Shown piece by piece: positions 38,899 to 47,782 of a DNA stretch of 64,000 nt; positions within the stretch are counted from its first letter, which is position 1, and every line of letters starts with the position of its first letter. The DNA is from Candidatus Latescibacterota bacterium (GTDB lineage: Bacteria; Latescibacterota; UBA2968; UBA8231): assembly GCA_965203175.1 (NCBI GenBank), contig OZ241867.1, positions 2,048,001 through 2,112,000 of the forward strand, read 5' to 3'. Under the pieces are notes generated by a model that did no database searches, was not told the DNA's origin, and was given only the letters and a program-made list of their open reading frames with translations. Both the position numbers and the translations under genes were made by a program.

Positions 38899-41331
38899 AT
38901 GCTCAAGAGCTATCTGCCCCAAAATGCAGGGGTCATGTCGCTTTTCATCGTCTGTCTTATCGGGCTCGTGTTCAGCATTGGCGTCGGCGCGGAGCCGCTA
39001 GTGGAAGGCCGGATACGCCTATCGTCCGGGTTGCCAGCCGCCGGGGTGCAAGTGCGGCTGTTCGATTTGAGCGACCTGCGCCAGTCCGTCGGCACGACGA
39101 CGGATGCGACCGGCTATTTTGCACTTTCGCTGCCAGCACTGTCTGGGGGAAGGAACGCGGCGCTGCCCGCCGACTTTGCCTTGGGGCAGAATTACCCCAA
39201 TCCGTTCAATCCTTCTACCCTCATTCCCTACCAACTGCCAGTGGCTGGTCCTGTGCGGCTGGAAGTGTTCAATATGCTGGGGCAGCGCTTGGCCAAGTTA
39301 GTCGATGGCGAACGGTCGGCGGGTGTACACACGGCGCGGTGGGACGGTACGGATGCGGCTGGGCGCGCGGTCGGGGCGGGAGTGTATATCTACCGGCTCA
39401 GCAGTGGCGGGATGACGGTGAGTCGGCGGATGGTGCTGATTGACGGGCAGGCTGGGGTTAGCAGCGGTGCGCCGAGTAGGCCCTATACGTCACCGGCTAC
39501 CCAAGATCAGGTGTATGGATTGGCCGTTTGGGGCTCGGACATGGTCGCCTACGTGGATCCCGCCTTCCAAGTTCGAGACGGGATGGCTCCAGTGGACATC
39601 GTCGTGGAAGCGCGTGGCCTGTCTGGGCGGCTGAAGGTGGCCGCAGGTAGCCTCTTGGGGGATGTCAACGGCGATGGTCGCGTCGATATTGTCGATGCTT
39701 TGTTCGTGGCCATGTACAGCGTCGATCCTTCGACTTTGGCGGCTCATATTCCCAACATTTCCCTCGGCGATGTGGATGCCGATGGCGACCTCGACTTTAC
39801 CGACGCTTATCTAATAGGGACGTACAGCGTCAATCCGTTGGATCCCATGTTGCCCGCGGGGATTGGCCAAGCCGTATCTGATCCTGAATTCCTGACTCCT
39901 GAGGCAGCCCGTAGTGCGCTAGATGAGCGGGGGATTGCGTATGCCCCGGCATCCTTTTTGGAGCGCATCCGCGCGGGGGATGTATCTGCGGTACGGCTGT
40001 TTATTGCGGCTGGGATGGACATCCACGCCCAAGATGATGATGGCAGGACGGCTTTGATGTGGGTGGCCTTTGGGGGCGATGTGGAAATGGTTCGTCTTTT
40101 GCTCGCCAACGGGGCCAATATCCACGCCCAAGATGCCGACAGCACTACGGTATTGATGTGGGCCGCTTCTGGGGGTGGTGTGGAGGTGGTGCATCTTTTG
40201 CTCGCCAACGGGGCCAATATCCACGCCCAAGATAAATACGGCTATACGGCCTTGACGTGGGCGGCTGGGGCGGGTCAGGTGGAGGTGGTGCATCTTTTGC
40301 TCGCCAACGGAGCCGACATAAGCGCACAAAATAGCTCCGGCATTACAGCTTTGATGTTAGCCGCTAGGGCGGGTCAGGTGGAAGTAGTGCGGCTCTTACT
40401 CGCCAATGGGGCCGACCTCCACGCCCAAGATGACCTCTTTGACAGGACGGTATTGATGTGGGCCGCTTCTGGGGGGCATGTGGAGGTAGTGCGTCTTTTG
40501 CTCGCCAACGAGGCCGACATTCACGCCCAAGATGACCTGTATGGTAGGACGGCCTTGGCGTGGGCCGCTTTTGGGGGCCATGTGGAGGTAGTGCGTCTTT
40601 TGCTCGCCAACGAGGCCAATATCCACGCCCAAAATAGCTCCGGCAGGACGACCTTGATGTATGCCGCTAGGGAAGGCCATATCGAGGTAGTGCGGCTCTT
40701 ACTCGCCGACGGGGCCGACATTCACGCCCAAGATGCCTACTATGGCAGGACGGTCTTGGCGTGGGCCGCTTGGGCGGGTCAGATGGAGGTAGTGCGGCTC
40801 TTACTCGCCGACGGGGCCGACATTCACACGCGAACTAACGAAGGCACTACGGCCTTGATACTAGCTGTTCTTGAGGGCCATGTCGAGGTCGCACGCATCT
40901 TAGTAGAACAATGGGTAGCAGAAGGAGATGTGGATGCCCGATATGACGACGACACTACGGTTTTGATGTGGGCCGCTCAGGCAGGCCATGTCGAGATGGT
41001 TCGCTTCTTGCTCGAAAACGACACCGATATTCACGCCCGAAATAACAACGGCACTACGGCCTTGGCGTGGGCCGCTTGGGGGGGCGCTGTGGAGGTGGTG
41101 CGTCTCTTGCTTGAAAGCGGCACCGATATTCACGCCCGAAATAACGGCGGCTGGACGGTCTTGATGTGGGCGGCTCGGGGGGGCGCTGTGGAGGTGGTGC
41201 GTCTCTTGCTTGAAAGCGGCACCGATATTCACGCCCAAAATAACGACGGCACGACGGCCTTGAGCTTGGCCAAAAATAGTGGTCGCCAAGAGGTGATAGA
41301 CCTTCTCGAAGCGGCTGGTGCCACGGAGTAA
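38899..41331 (+). CDS. Secreted ankyrin-repeat protein ANK1 (carboxypeptidase-regulatory-like, FlgD-Ig/T9SS-tail-like, dockerin-like, ~13 ankyrin repeats)
   Basis: Signal peptide; LGQNYPNPFNPST..WDGTD..GVYIYRL; GDVNGDGRVDIVD and GDVDADGDLDFTD; 33-aa repeats GxT(A/V)LMxAAxxG. Alternative start at 38935. Confidence 0.88.
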   Translation: MLKSYLPQNAGVMSLFIVCLIGLVFSIGVGAEPLVEGRIRLSSGLPAAGVQVRLFDLSDLRQSVGTTTDATGYFALSLPALSGGRNAALPADFALGQNYPNPFNPSTLIPYQLPVAGPVRLEVFNMLGQRLAKLVDGERSAGVHTARWDGTDAAGRAVGAGVYIYRLSSGGMTVSRRMVLIDGQAGVSSGAPSRPYTSPATQDQVYGLAVWGSDMVAYVDPAFQVRDGMAPVDIVVEARGLSGRLKVAAGSLLGDVNGDGRVDIVDALFVAMYSVDPSTLAAHIPNISLGDVDADGDLDFTDAYLIGTYSVNPLDPMLPAGIGQAVSDPEFLTPEAARSALDERGIAYAPASFLERIRAGDVSAVRLFIAAGMDIHAQDDDGRTALMWVAFGGDVEMVRLLLANGANIHAQDADSTTVLMWAASGGGVEVVHLLLANGANIHAQDKYGYTALTWAAGAGQVEVVHLLLANGADISAQNSSGITALMLAARAGQVEVVRLLLANGADLHAQDDLFDRTVLMWAASGGHVEVVRLLLANEADIHAQDDLYGRTALAWAAFGGHVEVVRLLLANEANIHAQNSSGRTTLMYAAREGHIEVVRLLLADGADIHAQDAYYGRTVLAWAAWAGQMEVVRLLLADGADIHTRTNEGTTALILAVLEGHVEVARILVEQWVAEGDVDARYDDDTTVLMWAAQAGHVEMVRFLLENDTDIHARNNNGTTALAWAAWGGAVEVVRLLLESGTDIHARNNGGWTVLMWAARGGAVEVVRLLLESGTDIHAQNNDGTTALSLAKNSGRQEVIDLLEAAGATE

Positions 41332-41484
41332 CATAGACGGCCTAAGAAAAGCCGGATTAGACTGGCTCTACCTTAACACCGGGAGTACTGCCTTATGACT
41401 AAACTCACTGTGAACGCGCCGTGTCCTTTACCCGGCCATCAGTCGGTTTCCTCTAATCCGACATCCAATAAAGGAGTTGACCTC

Positions 41485-44400
41485 ATGCTGGCTTTCATCG
41501 CCTGTCTTATCGGGCTCGTGTTAAACGTTGGCGTCGGCGCGGAGCCGCTAGTGGAGGGCCGGATACGCCTATCGTCCGGGTTGCCAGCCGCCGGGGTGCA
41601 GGTGCGGCTGTTCGATTTGAGCGATCTGCGCCAGTCCGTCGGCACGACGACGGATGCGACCGGCTATTTTGCGCTTTCGCTGCAAACACTGTTTGGGGGA
41701 AGGAATGCGACCCTGCCGACCGACTTTGCCTTGGGGCAGAATTATCCCAATCCGTTCAATCCTTCCACTCTTATTCCCTATCAACTGTCGGCGACTGGCC
41801 ATGTACGGCTGGAAGTATTCAATATGCTGGGACAGCGCGTGGCCAAGTTAGTCGATGGCGAACGGTCGGCGGGTGTGCACACGGTGCGGTGGGACGGTAC
41901 GGATGCGACCGGGCGCGCGGTCGGGGCGGGAGTGTATATCTATCGGCTCAGTAGCAGGGGGATGGAGGTGAGTCGGCGGATGGTGCTGATAGACGGGCAG
42001 GCTGGGGTCCGCAGCGGTGCGTCGAGTAGGCCCTATACGGCACTGGCTGCCCAAGAAGATCAGACGTATGGGTTGGCTGTTTGGGGCTCGGACATGGTCG
42101 CCTATGTGGATCCCGCTTTCCAGGTCCGAGACGGGATGGCTCCGGTGGACATCGTCGTGGAAGCGCGCGGCTTATCCGGTCGGCGAAAGGTCGTTGAGAG
42201 TGGCCTCTTAGGGGATGTCAACGGCGATGGTCGCGTCGATATTGTCGATGCTTTGTTCGTGGCCATGTACAGCGTCGATCCTTCGACTCTTGCGGCTCAT
42301 ATTCCCAACATTTCTCTCGGCGATGTGGATGCCGATGGCGACATCGACTTTGCCGACGCCTATCTAATAGGGACGTATAGCGTCAATCCGTTGGACCCCA
42401 CCTTGCCCGCGGGGATTGGCCAAGCCGTATCTGATCCTGAATTCCTGACTCCTGAGGCAGCTCGTAGTGCGCTGAATGATCGAGGGATTGCGTATACGTC
42501 GGCATCCTTTTTGGAGCGCGTCCGAGCGGGGGATGTATCTGCGGTACGGCTGTTTGTTGCGGCTGGGATGGACATCCATGTCCGAGATAAATACGGCACG
42601 ACGGCCTTGAACGCGGCCGCTTTTATGGGCCATGTCGAGGTCGTACGCATCTTAGTAGAACAGTGGGTAGCGGAAGCAGACGCGCAGGCCCGAGATGCCG
42701 ACGGCACGACGGTTTTGATGTGGGCGGCTCGGGGGGGCGCTGTGGAGGTGGTGCGTTTTTTGGTCGCCAACGGGGCCGACATTCACGCTCAAAATAACGC
42801 TGGCACGACAGTCTTGATGTATGCGGCTTTGGGGGGCGCTGTGGAGTTCGTGCGTTTCTTGCTCGAAAATGGTGCCGACATTCACGCTCAAAATAACGCT
42901 GGCACGACAGTCTTGATGTATGCGGCTTTGGGGGGCGCTGTGGAGTTCGTGCGTTTCTTGCTCGAAAATGGTGCCGACATTCACGCTCAAAATAACGCTG
43001 GCCGGACGGCCTTGATGTATGCGGCTCAGGGGGGTGATGTGGAGGTGGTGCGTTTTTTGGTCGACAACGAGGCTGGCCTCCACGACCAAGATGACCGCAG
43101 CCGGACGGTCTTAGTGTGGGCGGTTTTTGGGGGTGATGTGGAGGTGGTGCGTTTTTTGGTCGACAACGGCGCTGACCTCCACGTCCGAGATGCCTCTGGC
43201 CGGACGGCCTTGATGTATGCGGCTCAGGGGGGTGATGTGGAGGCGGTGCGTCTTTTGCTCGACAACGGCGCTGACCTCCACGCCCAGAATAACACCGGCG
43301 AGACGGCCTTGACGTATGCGGCTGCGGGGGGCGATATGGAAGTGGTGCGACTTTTGTTCGAAAACGGCGCTGACATAAATAAAAAAACTGACTACGGCCT
43401 TACGGCCTTAACGAGGGCCGCTTGGACGGGCCACGTCGAGGTGGTGCGTTTCTTGCTCGACAAGGGGGCTGACCTCCACGTCCGAGATGACCACGGCAGG
43501 ACGGTTTTGATGTATGGTGCTCAGGAGGGCCACGTCGAGGTGGTGCGTTTTTTGCTCGAAAACGGCACCGGAGCCAACATAAATAAAAAAACTGACTACG
43601 GCACTACGGCCTTGATGAGGGCCGCTCAGGAGGGCCACGTCGAGGTGGTGCGTCTTTTGCTCGACAACGGGCCTGACATTCACGCTAAAGAGTTCCATTC
43701 TGGCAGGACTGCCTTGATGTTCGCTGCTGATGAGGGTCATGTCGAGGTCATACGCATCATAGTAGAACACTGGGTAGCGGAAGCAGGCCCGGAAGCCCAA
43801 GATGACAACGGTACTACGGTTTTGATGTGGGCTGCTTTGGGGGGCGATGTGGAGATGATTCGCCTCTTGCTCGACAACGGGGCCGACCGCCAAGCCCAAG
43901 ATGCCTCTGGCCGGACGGTTTTGATGTATGGTGCTTGGGGGGGCGCTGTGGAGGTGGTGCGTTTCCTGCTCGACAACGGGGCCGACCGCCAAGCCCAAGA
44001 TGCCTCTGGCCGGACGGTTTTGATGTATGGTGCTTGGGGGGGCGCTGTGGAGGTGGTGCGTTTCCTGCTCGACAACGGGGCTGATCGCCAAGCCCAAGAT
44101 GCCTCTGGCACGACGGTCTTGATGTATGCTGCTCGGGAGAGTGCTGTGGAGGTGGTGCGTTTCTTGCTCGCCAACGGGGCCGACATAAATAAACAAAATG
44201 ACTACGGTATTACGGTCTTGATGTATGCCGTTGGTTTTGGGTTCCCCGATAGGGAGATCGGTGTCGAAGTGGTGCGTCTTTTGCTCGCCAACGGGGCCGA
44301 TATACACGCCCAAGATGACAACGGCACGACGGTCTTGATGTGGACCGCTCGGGAGAGTGTTGTGGAGATGGTTCGTCTTTTGCTCGACAAGGGGGCCGAC

Positions 44401-44604
44401 CTCCACGCCCAAAATAACAACGGCTGGACGGCCCTGATGTTCGCCGCTCGGAGGAGCAACTTGGAGATGGTTCGTCTTTTGCTCGACAAGGGGGCCGACC
44501 TCCACGCCCAAAATAACAACGGAGATACGGCCTTGAGCTTTGCCAAAAAAGGTGGTCGCCAAGAAGTGATAGACTTTCTCAAAGCGGCTGGTGCTACGGA
44601 GTAA
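41485..44604 (+). CDS. Secreted ankyrin-repeat protein ANK2 (~20 repeats, same N-terminal module)
   Basis: As ANK1. AAAGGAG RBS precedes ATG 41485; there is an in-frame upstream ATG at 41395. Confidence 0.88.
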   Translation: MLAFIACLIGLVLNVGVGAEPLVEGRIRLSSGLPAAGVQVRLFDLSDLRQSVGTTTDATGYFALSLQTLFGGRNATLPTDFALGQNYPNPFNPSTLIPYQLSATGHVRLEVFNMLGQRVAKLVDGERSAGVHTVRWDGTDATGRAVGAGVYIYRLSSRGMEVSRRMVLIDGQAGVRSGASSRPYTALAAQEDQTYGLAVWGSDMVAYVDPAFQVRDGMAPVDIVVEARGLSGRRKVVESGLLGDVNGDGRVDIVDALFVAMYSVDPSTLAAHIPNISLGDVDADGDIDFADAYLIGTYSVNPLDPTLPAGIGQAVSDPEFLTPEAARSALNDRGIAYTSASFLERVRAGDVSAVRLFVAAGMDIHVRDKYGTTALNAAAFMGHVEVVRILVEQWVAEADAQARDADGTTVLMWAARGGAVEVVRFLVANGADIHAQNNAGTTVLMYAALGGAVEFVRFLLENGADIHAQNNAGTTVLMYAALGGAVEFVRFLLENGADIHAQNNAGRTALMYAAQGGDVEVVRFLVDNEAGLHDQDDRSRTVLVWAVFGGDVEVVRFLVDNGADLHVRDASGRTALMYAAQGGDVEAVRLLLDNGADLHAQNNTGETALTYAAAGGDMEVVRLLFENGADINKKTDYGLTALTRAAWTGHVEVVRFLLDKGADLHVRDDHGRTVLMYGAQEGHVEVVRFLLENGTGANINKKTDYGTTALMRAAQEGHVEVVRLLLDNGPDIHAKEFHSGRTALMFAADEGHVEVIRIIVEHWVAEAGPEAQDDNGTTVLMWAALGGDVEMIRLLLDNGADRQAQDASGRTVLMYGAWGGAVEVVRFLLDNGADRQAQDASGRTVLMYGAWGGAVEVVRFLLDNGADRQAQDASGTTVLMYAARESAVEVVRFLLANGADINKQNDYGITVLMYAVGFGFPDREIGVEVVRLLLANGADIHAQDDNGTTVLMWTARESVVEMVRLLLDKGADLHAQNNNGWTALMFAARRSNLEMVRLLLDKGADLHAQNNNGDTALSFAKKGGRQEVIDFLKAAGATE
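42775..43002 (+). repeat. Exact 99-bp tandem duplication within ANK2
   Basis: The unit ATTCACGCTCAAAATAACGCTGGC... recurs at 42781, 42880 and 42979. Confidence 0.9.
43868..44081 (+). repeat. Exact 99-bp tandem duplication within ANK2
   Basis: The unit TGCTCGACAACGGGGC... recurs at 43868, 43967 and 44066. Confidence 0.9.
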
Positions 44605-44736
44605 CTAGACGGCCCCTATCTCACTCGACATCGGGAATACTGCCTTATGACTAAGCTCACTGTGAACGCGGTCGACTGGCCATTGGGTTCCTCTAATCCA
44701 ACATCCAACGTACATCCAGCTAAAGGAGTTGCCCTC

Positions 44737-47700
44737 ATGTTGCCTTTCATCGCCTGTCTTATCGGGATCGTGTTAAGTATTCGCGTCGGCGCGGAGCCGC
44801 TGGTGGAGGGCCGGATACGCCTATCGTCCGGGTTGCCAGCCGCCGGGGTGCAGGTGCGGCTGTTCGATTTGAGCGATCTGCGCCAGTCGGTCAGCACGAC
44901 GACGGATGCGACCGGCTATTTTGCGCTTTCGCTGCAAGCGCTGTCTGGGGGAAGGGGCGCGGCCTTGCCCGCCGACTTTGCCTTGGGGCAGAATTACCCC
45001 AATCCGTTCAATCCTTCCACTCTCATTCCCTACCAACTGCCGGCGACTGGCCATGTACGGCTGGAAGTGTTCAATATGCTGGGGCAGCGCTTGGTCCGGT
45101 TAGTCGATGGCGAACGGTCGGCGGGTGCGCACACGGCGCGGTGGGACGGTACGGATGCGGCTGGACGCGCGGTCGGGGCGGGAGTGTATATCTACCGGCT
45201 GAGCAGTGGGGGGATGACGGTGAGTCGGCGGATGGTGCTGATTGACGGGCAGGCTGGGGTCCGCAACGGCGTGTCGAGTAGGCCCTATACGGCACCGGCT
45301 ACCCAAGATCAGGCCTATGGATTGGCCGTTTGGGGCTCGGACATGGTCGCCTATGTGGATCCCGCTTTCCAGATCCGAGACGGGATGGCTCCGGTGGACA
45401 TCGTCGTAGAAGCGCGCGGCCTGTCCGGTCGGCTGAAGGTGGCTGCAGGCGGTCTCTTAGGGGATGTCAACGGCGATGGTCGCGTCGATATTGTCGATGC
45501 GCTGTTCGTGGCCATGTATAGCGTCGATCCTTCGACCCTGGCGGCTCATATTCCCAACATTTCCCTCGGCGATGTGGATGCCGATGGTGACCTCGACTTT
45601 ACCGACGCCTATCTGATAGGGACGTATAGCGTCAATCCGTTGGACCCCACCTTGCCCGCGGGGATTGGCCAAGCCGTATCTGATCCCGAATTCCTGACTC
45701 CTGAAGAAGCCCGTGGTGCGCTGAATGATCGAGGGATTGCGTATACGTCGGCATCCTTTTTGGAGCGCATCCGCGCGGGGGATGTATCTGCGGTGCGGCT
45801 GTTTATTGCGGCTGGGATAGACATCCACGCCCGAGATGCCGACGGCACTACAGCTTTGATGTTAGCCGCTTGGTACGGCCATGTGGAGGTGGTGCGTCTC
45901 TTGCTCGAAAACGGCACCGACATCCACGCCCGACGCGACAACGGCCAAACGGCCTTGATGATGGCCGCTGCTGCGGGCCATGTCGAGGTCGTACGCATCT
46001 TAGTAGAACAGTGGGTAGCGGCAGCAGGCGCACGGGCCCAAGATGCCGATGGCTCTACGGCCTTGATGTGGGCAGCTCGAGGGGGCGATGTCGAGATGGT
46101 GCGGCTTTTGCTGGAAAACGGGGCCAACATAAACGCCCAAGATGTCTCCGGCACGACGGTTTTGATGTATGCGGCTCGGGGGGGCGATGCTGAGGTGGTG
46201 CGTCTCTTGCTCGAAAACGGCATCGACATCCATGCCCGAAATAATAACGGCATTACGGTTTTGATGTATGCGGCTCGGGGGGGCGATGCTGAGGTGGTGC
46301 GTCTTTTGGTTGAAAACGGCACCGACGTCCACGCCCAAAATAATAACGGCATTACAGTTTTGATGTATGGCGCTCGGGGGGGCGATGTGGAGGTGGTGCG
46401 GCTCTTGCTAGAAAACGGCACCGACATCCATGCCCAAGATGACCACGGCGGGACGGCCTTGGGGGCGGGCGCTGATCGGGGCGATGTGGAAGTGGTGCGT
46501 CTTTTGCTGGAAAACGGGGCCGACATAAACACCCAAGATGTCTCCGGCTCTACGGCCTTGATGAAGGCTGCTTTGGGCGGCCATGTGGAGGTGGTGCGGC
46601 TCTTGCTGGAAAATGGGGCCGACATCCACGCCGAACAAGAAAAAGGCTTTACGGCCTTGATGTATGCTGCTTCGGGCGGCGATGTGGAGGTGGTGCGTCT
46701 TTTGCTGGAAAATGGGGCCAACATAAATGAAAGAAATGACTACGGCTATACGGCCTTGATGAGGGCCGCTCAGAGGGGCGATGTGGAGGTGGTGCGGCTC
46801 TTGCTGGAAAACGGTGCCGACCTTCACGCCCAAAATTTCTCCAATAGCAAGACGGTCTTGATGTTCGCCGCTGATAAGGGCCATGTCGCGGTCATACGCA
46901 TCTTAGTAGAACAATGGGTAGCGGAAGCAGGCCCGGAGGCCCAAGATGCGTCTGGCCGGACGGTCTTGATGTGGGCGGCTTTTGGGGGCGATGTGGAGAT
47001 GGTGCGCTTCTTGCTGGAAAACGGTGCCGACCTTCACGCCCAAGATGCCTCCGGTCGGACAGTTTTGATGTATGCTGCTTGGGGGGGTGATGTGGAGGTA
47101 GTGCGTCTTTTGCTGGAAAACGGCACTGACATTCACGCCCAAGATATTTCTAGCCGGACGGTCTTGATGTATGCCGCTTGGGGGGGCGATGTGGAGGTAG
47201 TGCGTCTTTTGGTTGAAAACGGTGCCGACATTCGCGCCCGAGATGTCTCCGGCCGGACAGTCTTGATGGATGCGGCTCGGGGGGGCGATGTGGAGGTAGT
47301 GCGTCTTTTGGTTGAAAACGGTGCCGACCTTCACGCCCAAAATGCCTACGACATTACGGTCTTGATGTGGGCGGCTTTTGGGGGTGATGTGGAAGTGGTG
47401 CGTCTTTTGGTTGAAAACGGCACTGACCTTCACGCCCGAGATATCTCCGGCACGACGGTTTTGATGTATGCGGCTCGGGGGGGCGATGTGGCGGTGGCGC
47501 GTCTTTTGGTTGAAAACGGTACCGACATTGACGTCCAAAATAACGACGGCTGGACGGCCTTGATGTTCGCCATTGATTTTGGGTACTCCGGTGGGGAGGG
47601 CGGTGTAGAAGTGGTGCGTCTTTTGCTCGACAACGGGGCCGATATTAACGTCCAAAATAACGACGGCTGGACGGCCTTGCGCCTTGCCAAAAACAATCCT

Positions 47701-47748
47701 CGTCAAAGGATAATAGACCTTCTCGAAGCGGCTGGTGCCACGGAGTAA
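44737..47748 (+). CDS. Secreted ankyrin-repeat protein ANK3 (~19 repeats)
   Basis: As ANK1. AAAGGAG RBS precedes ATG 44737; there is an in-frame upstream ATG at 44647. Confidence 0.88.
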   Translation: MLPFIACLIGIVLSIRVGAEPLVEGRIRLSSGLPAAGVQVRLFDLSDLRQSVSTTTDATGYFALSLQALSGGRGAALPADFALGQNYPNPFNPSTLIPYQLPATGHVRLEVFNMLGQRLVRLVDGERSAGAHTARWDGTDAAGRAVGAGVYIYRLSSGGMTVSRRMVLIDGQAGVRNGVSSRPYTAPATQDQAYGLAVWGSDMVAYVDPAFQIRDGMAPVDIVVEARGLSGRLKVAAGGLLGDVNGDGRVDIVDALFVAMYSVDPSTLAAHIPNISLGDVDADGDLDFTDAYLIGTYSVNPLDPTLPAGIGQAVSDPEFLTPEEARGALNDRGIAYTSASFLERIRAGDVSAVRLFIAAGIDIHARDADGTTALMLAAWYGHVEVVRLLLENGTDIHARRDNGQTALMMAAAAGHVEVVRILVEQWVAAAGARAQDADGSTALMWAARGGDVEMVRLLLENGANINAQDVSGTTVLMYAARGGDAEVVRLLLENGIDIHARNNNGITVLMYAARGGDAEVVRLLVENGTDVHAQNNNGITVLMYGARGGDVEVVRLLLENGTDIHAQDDHGGTALGAGADRGDVEVVRLLLENGADINTQDVSGSTALMKAALGGHVEVVRLLLENGADIHAEQEKGFTALMYAASGGDVEVVRLLLENGANINERNDYGYTALMRAAQRGDVEVVRLLLENGADLHAQNFSNSKTVLMFAADKGHVAVIRILVEQWVAEAGPEAQDASGRTVLMWAAFGGDVEMVRFLLENGADLHAQDASGRTVLMYAAWGGDVEVVRLLLENGTDIHAQDISSRTVLMYAAWGGDVEVVRLLVENGADIRARDVSGRTVLMDAARGGDVEVVRLLVENGADLHAQNAYDITVLMWAAFGGDVEVVRLLVENGTDLHARDISGTTVLMYAARGGDVAVARLLVENGTDIDVQNNDGWTALMFAIDFGYSGGEGGVEVVRLLLDNGADINVQNNDGWTALRLAKNNPRQRIIDLLEAAGATE

Positions 47749-47782
47749 CTTGGACGGCCCAAGAAAAGCCGGATGAGATGAT

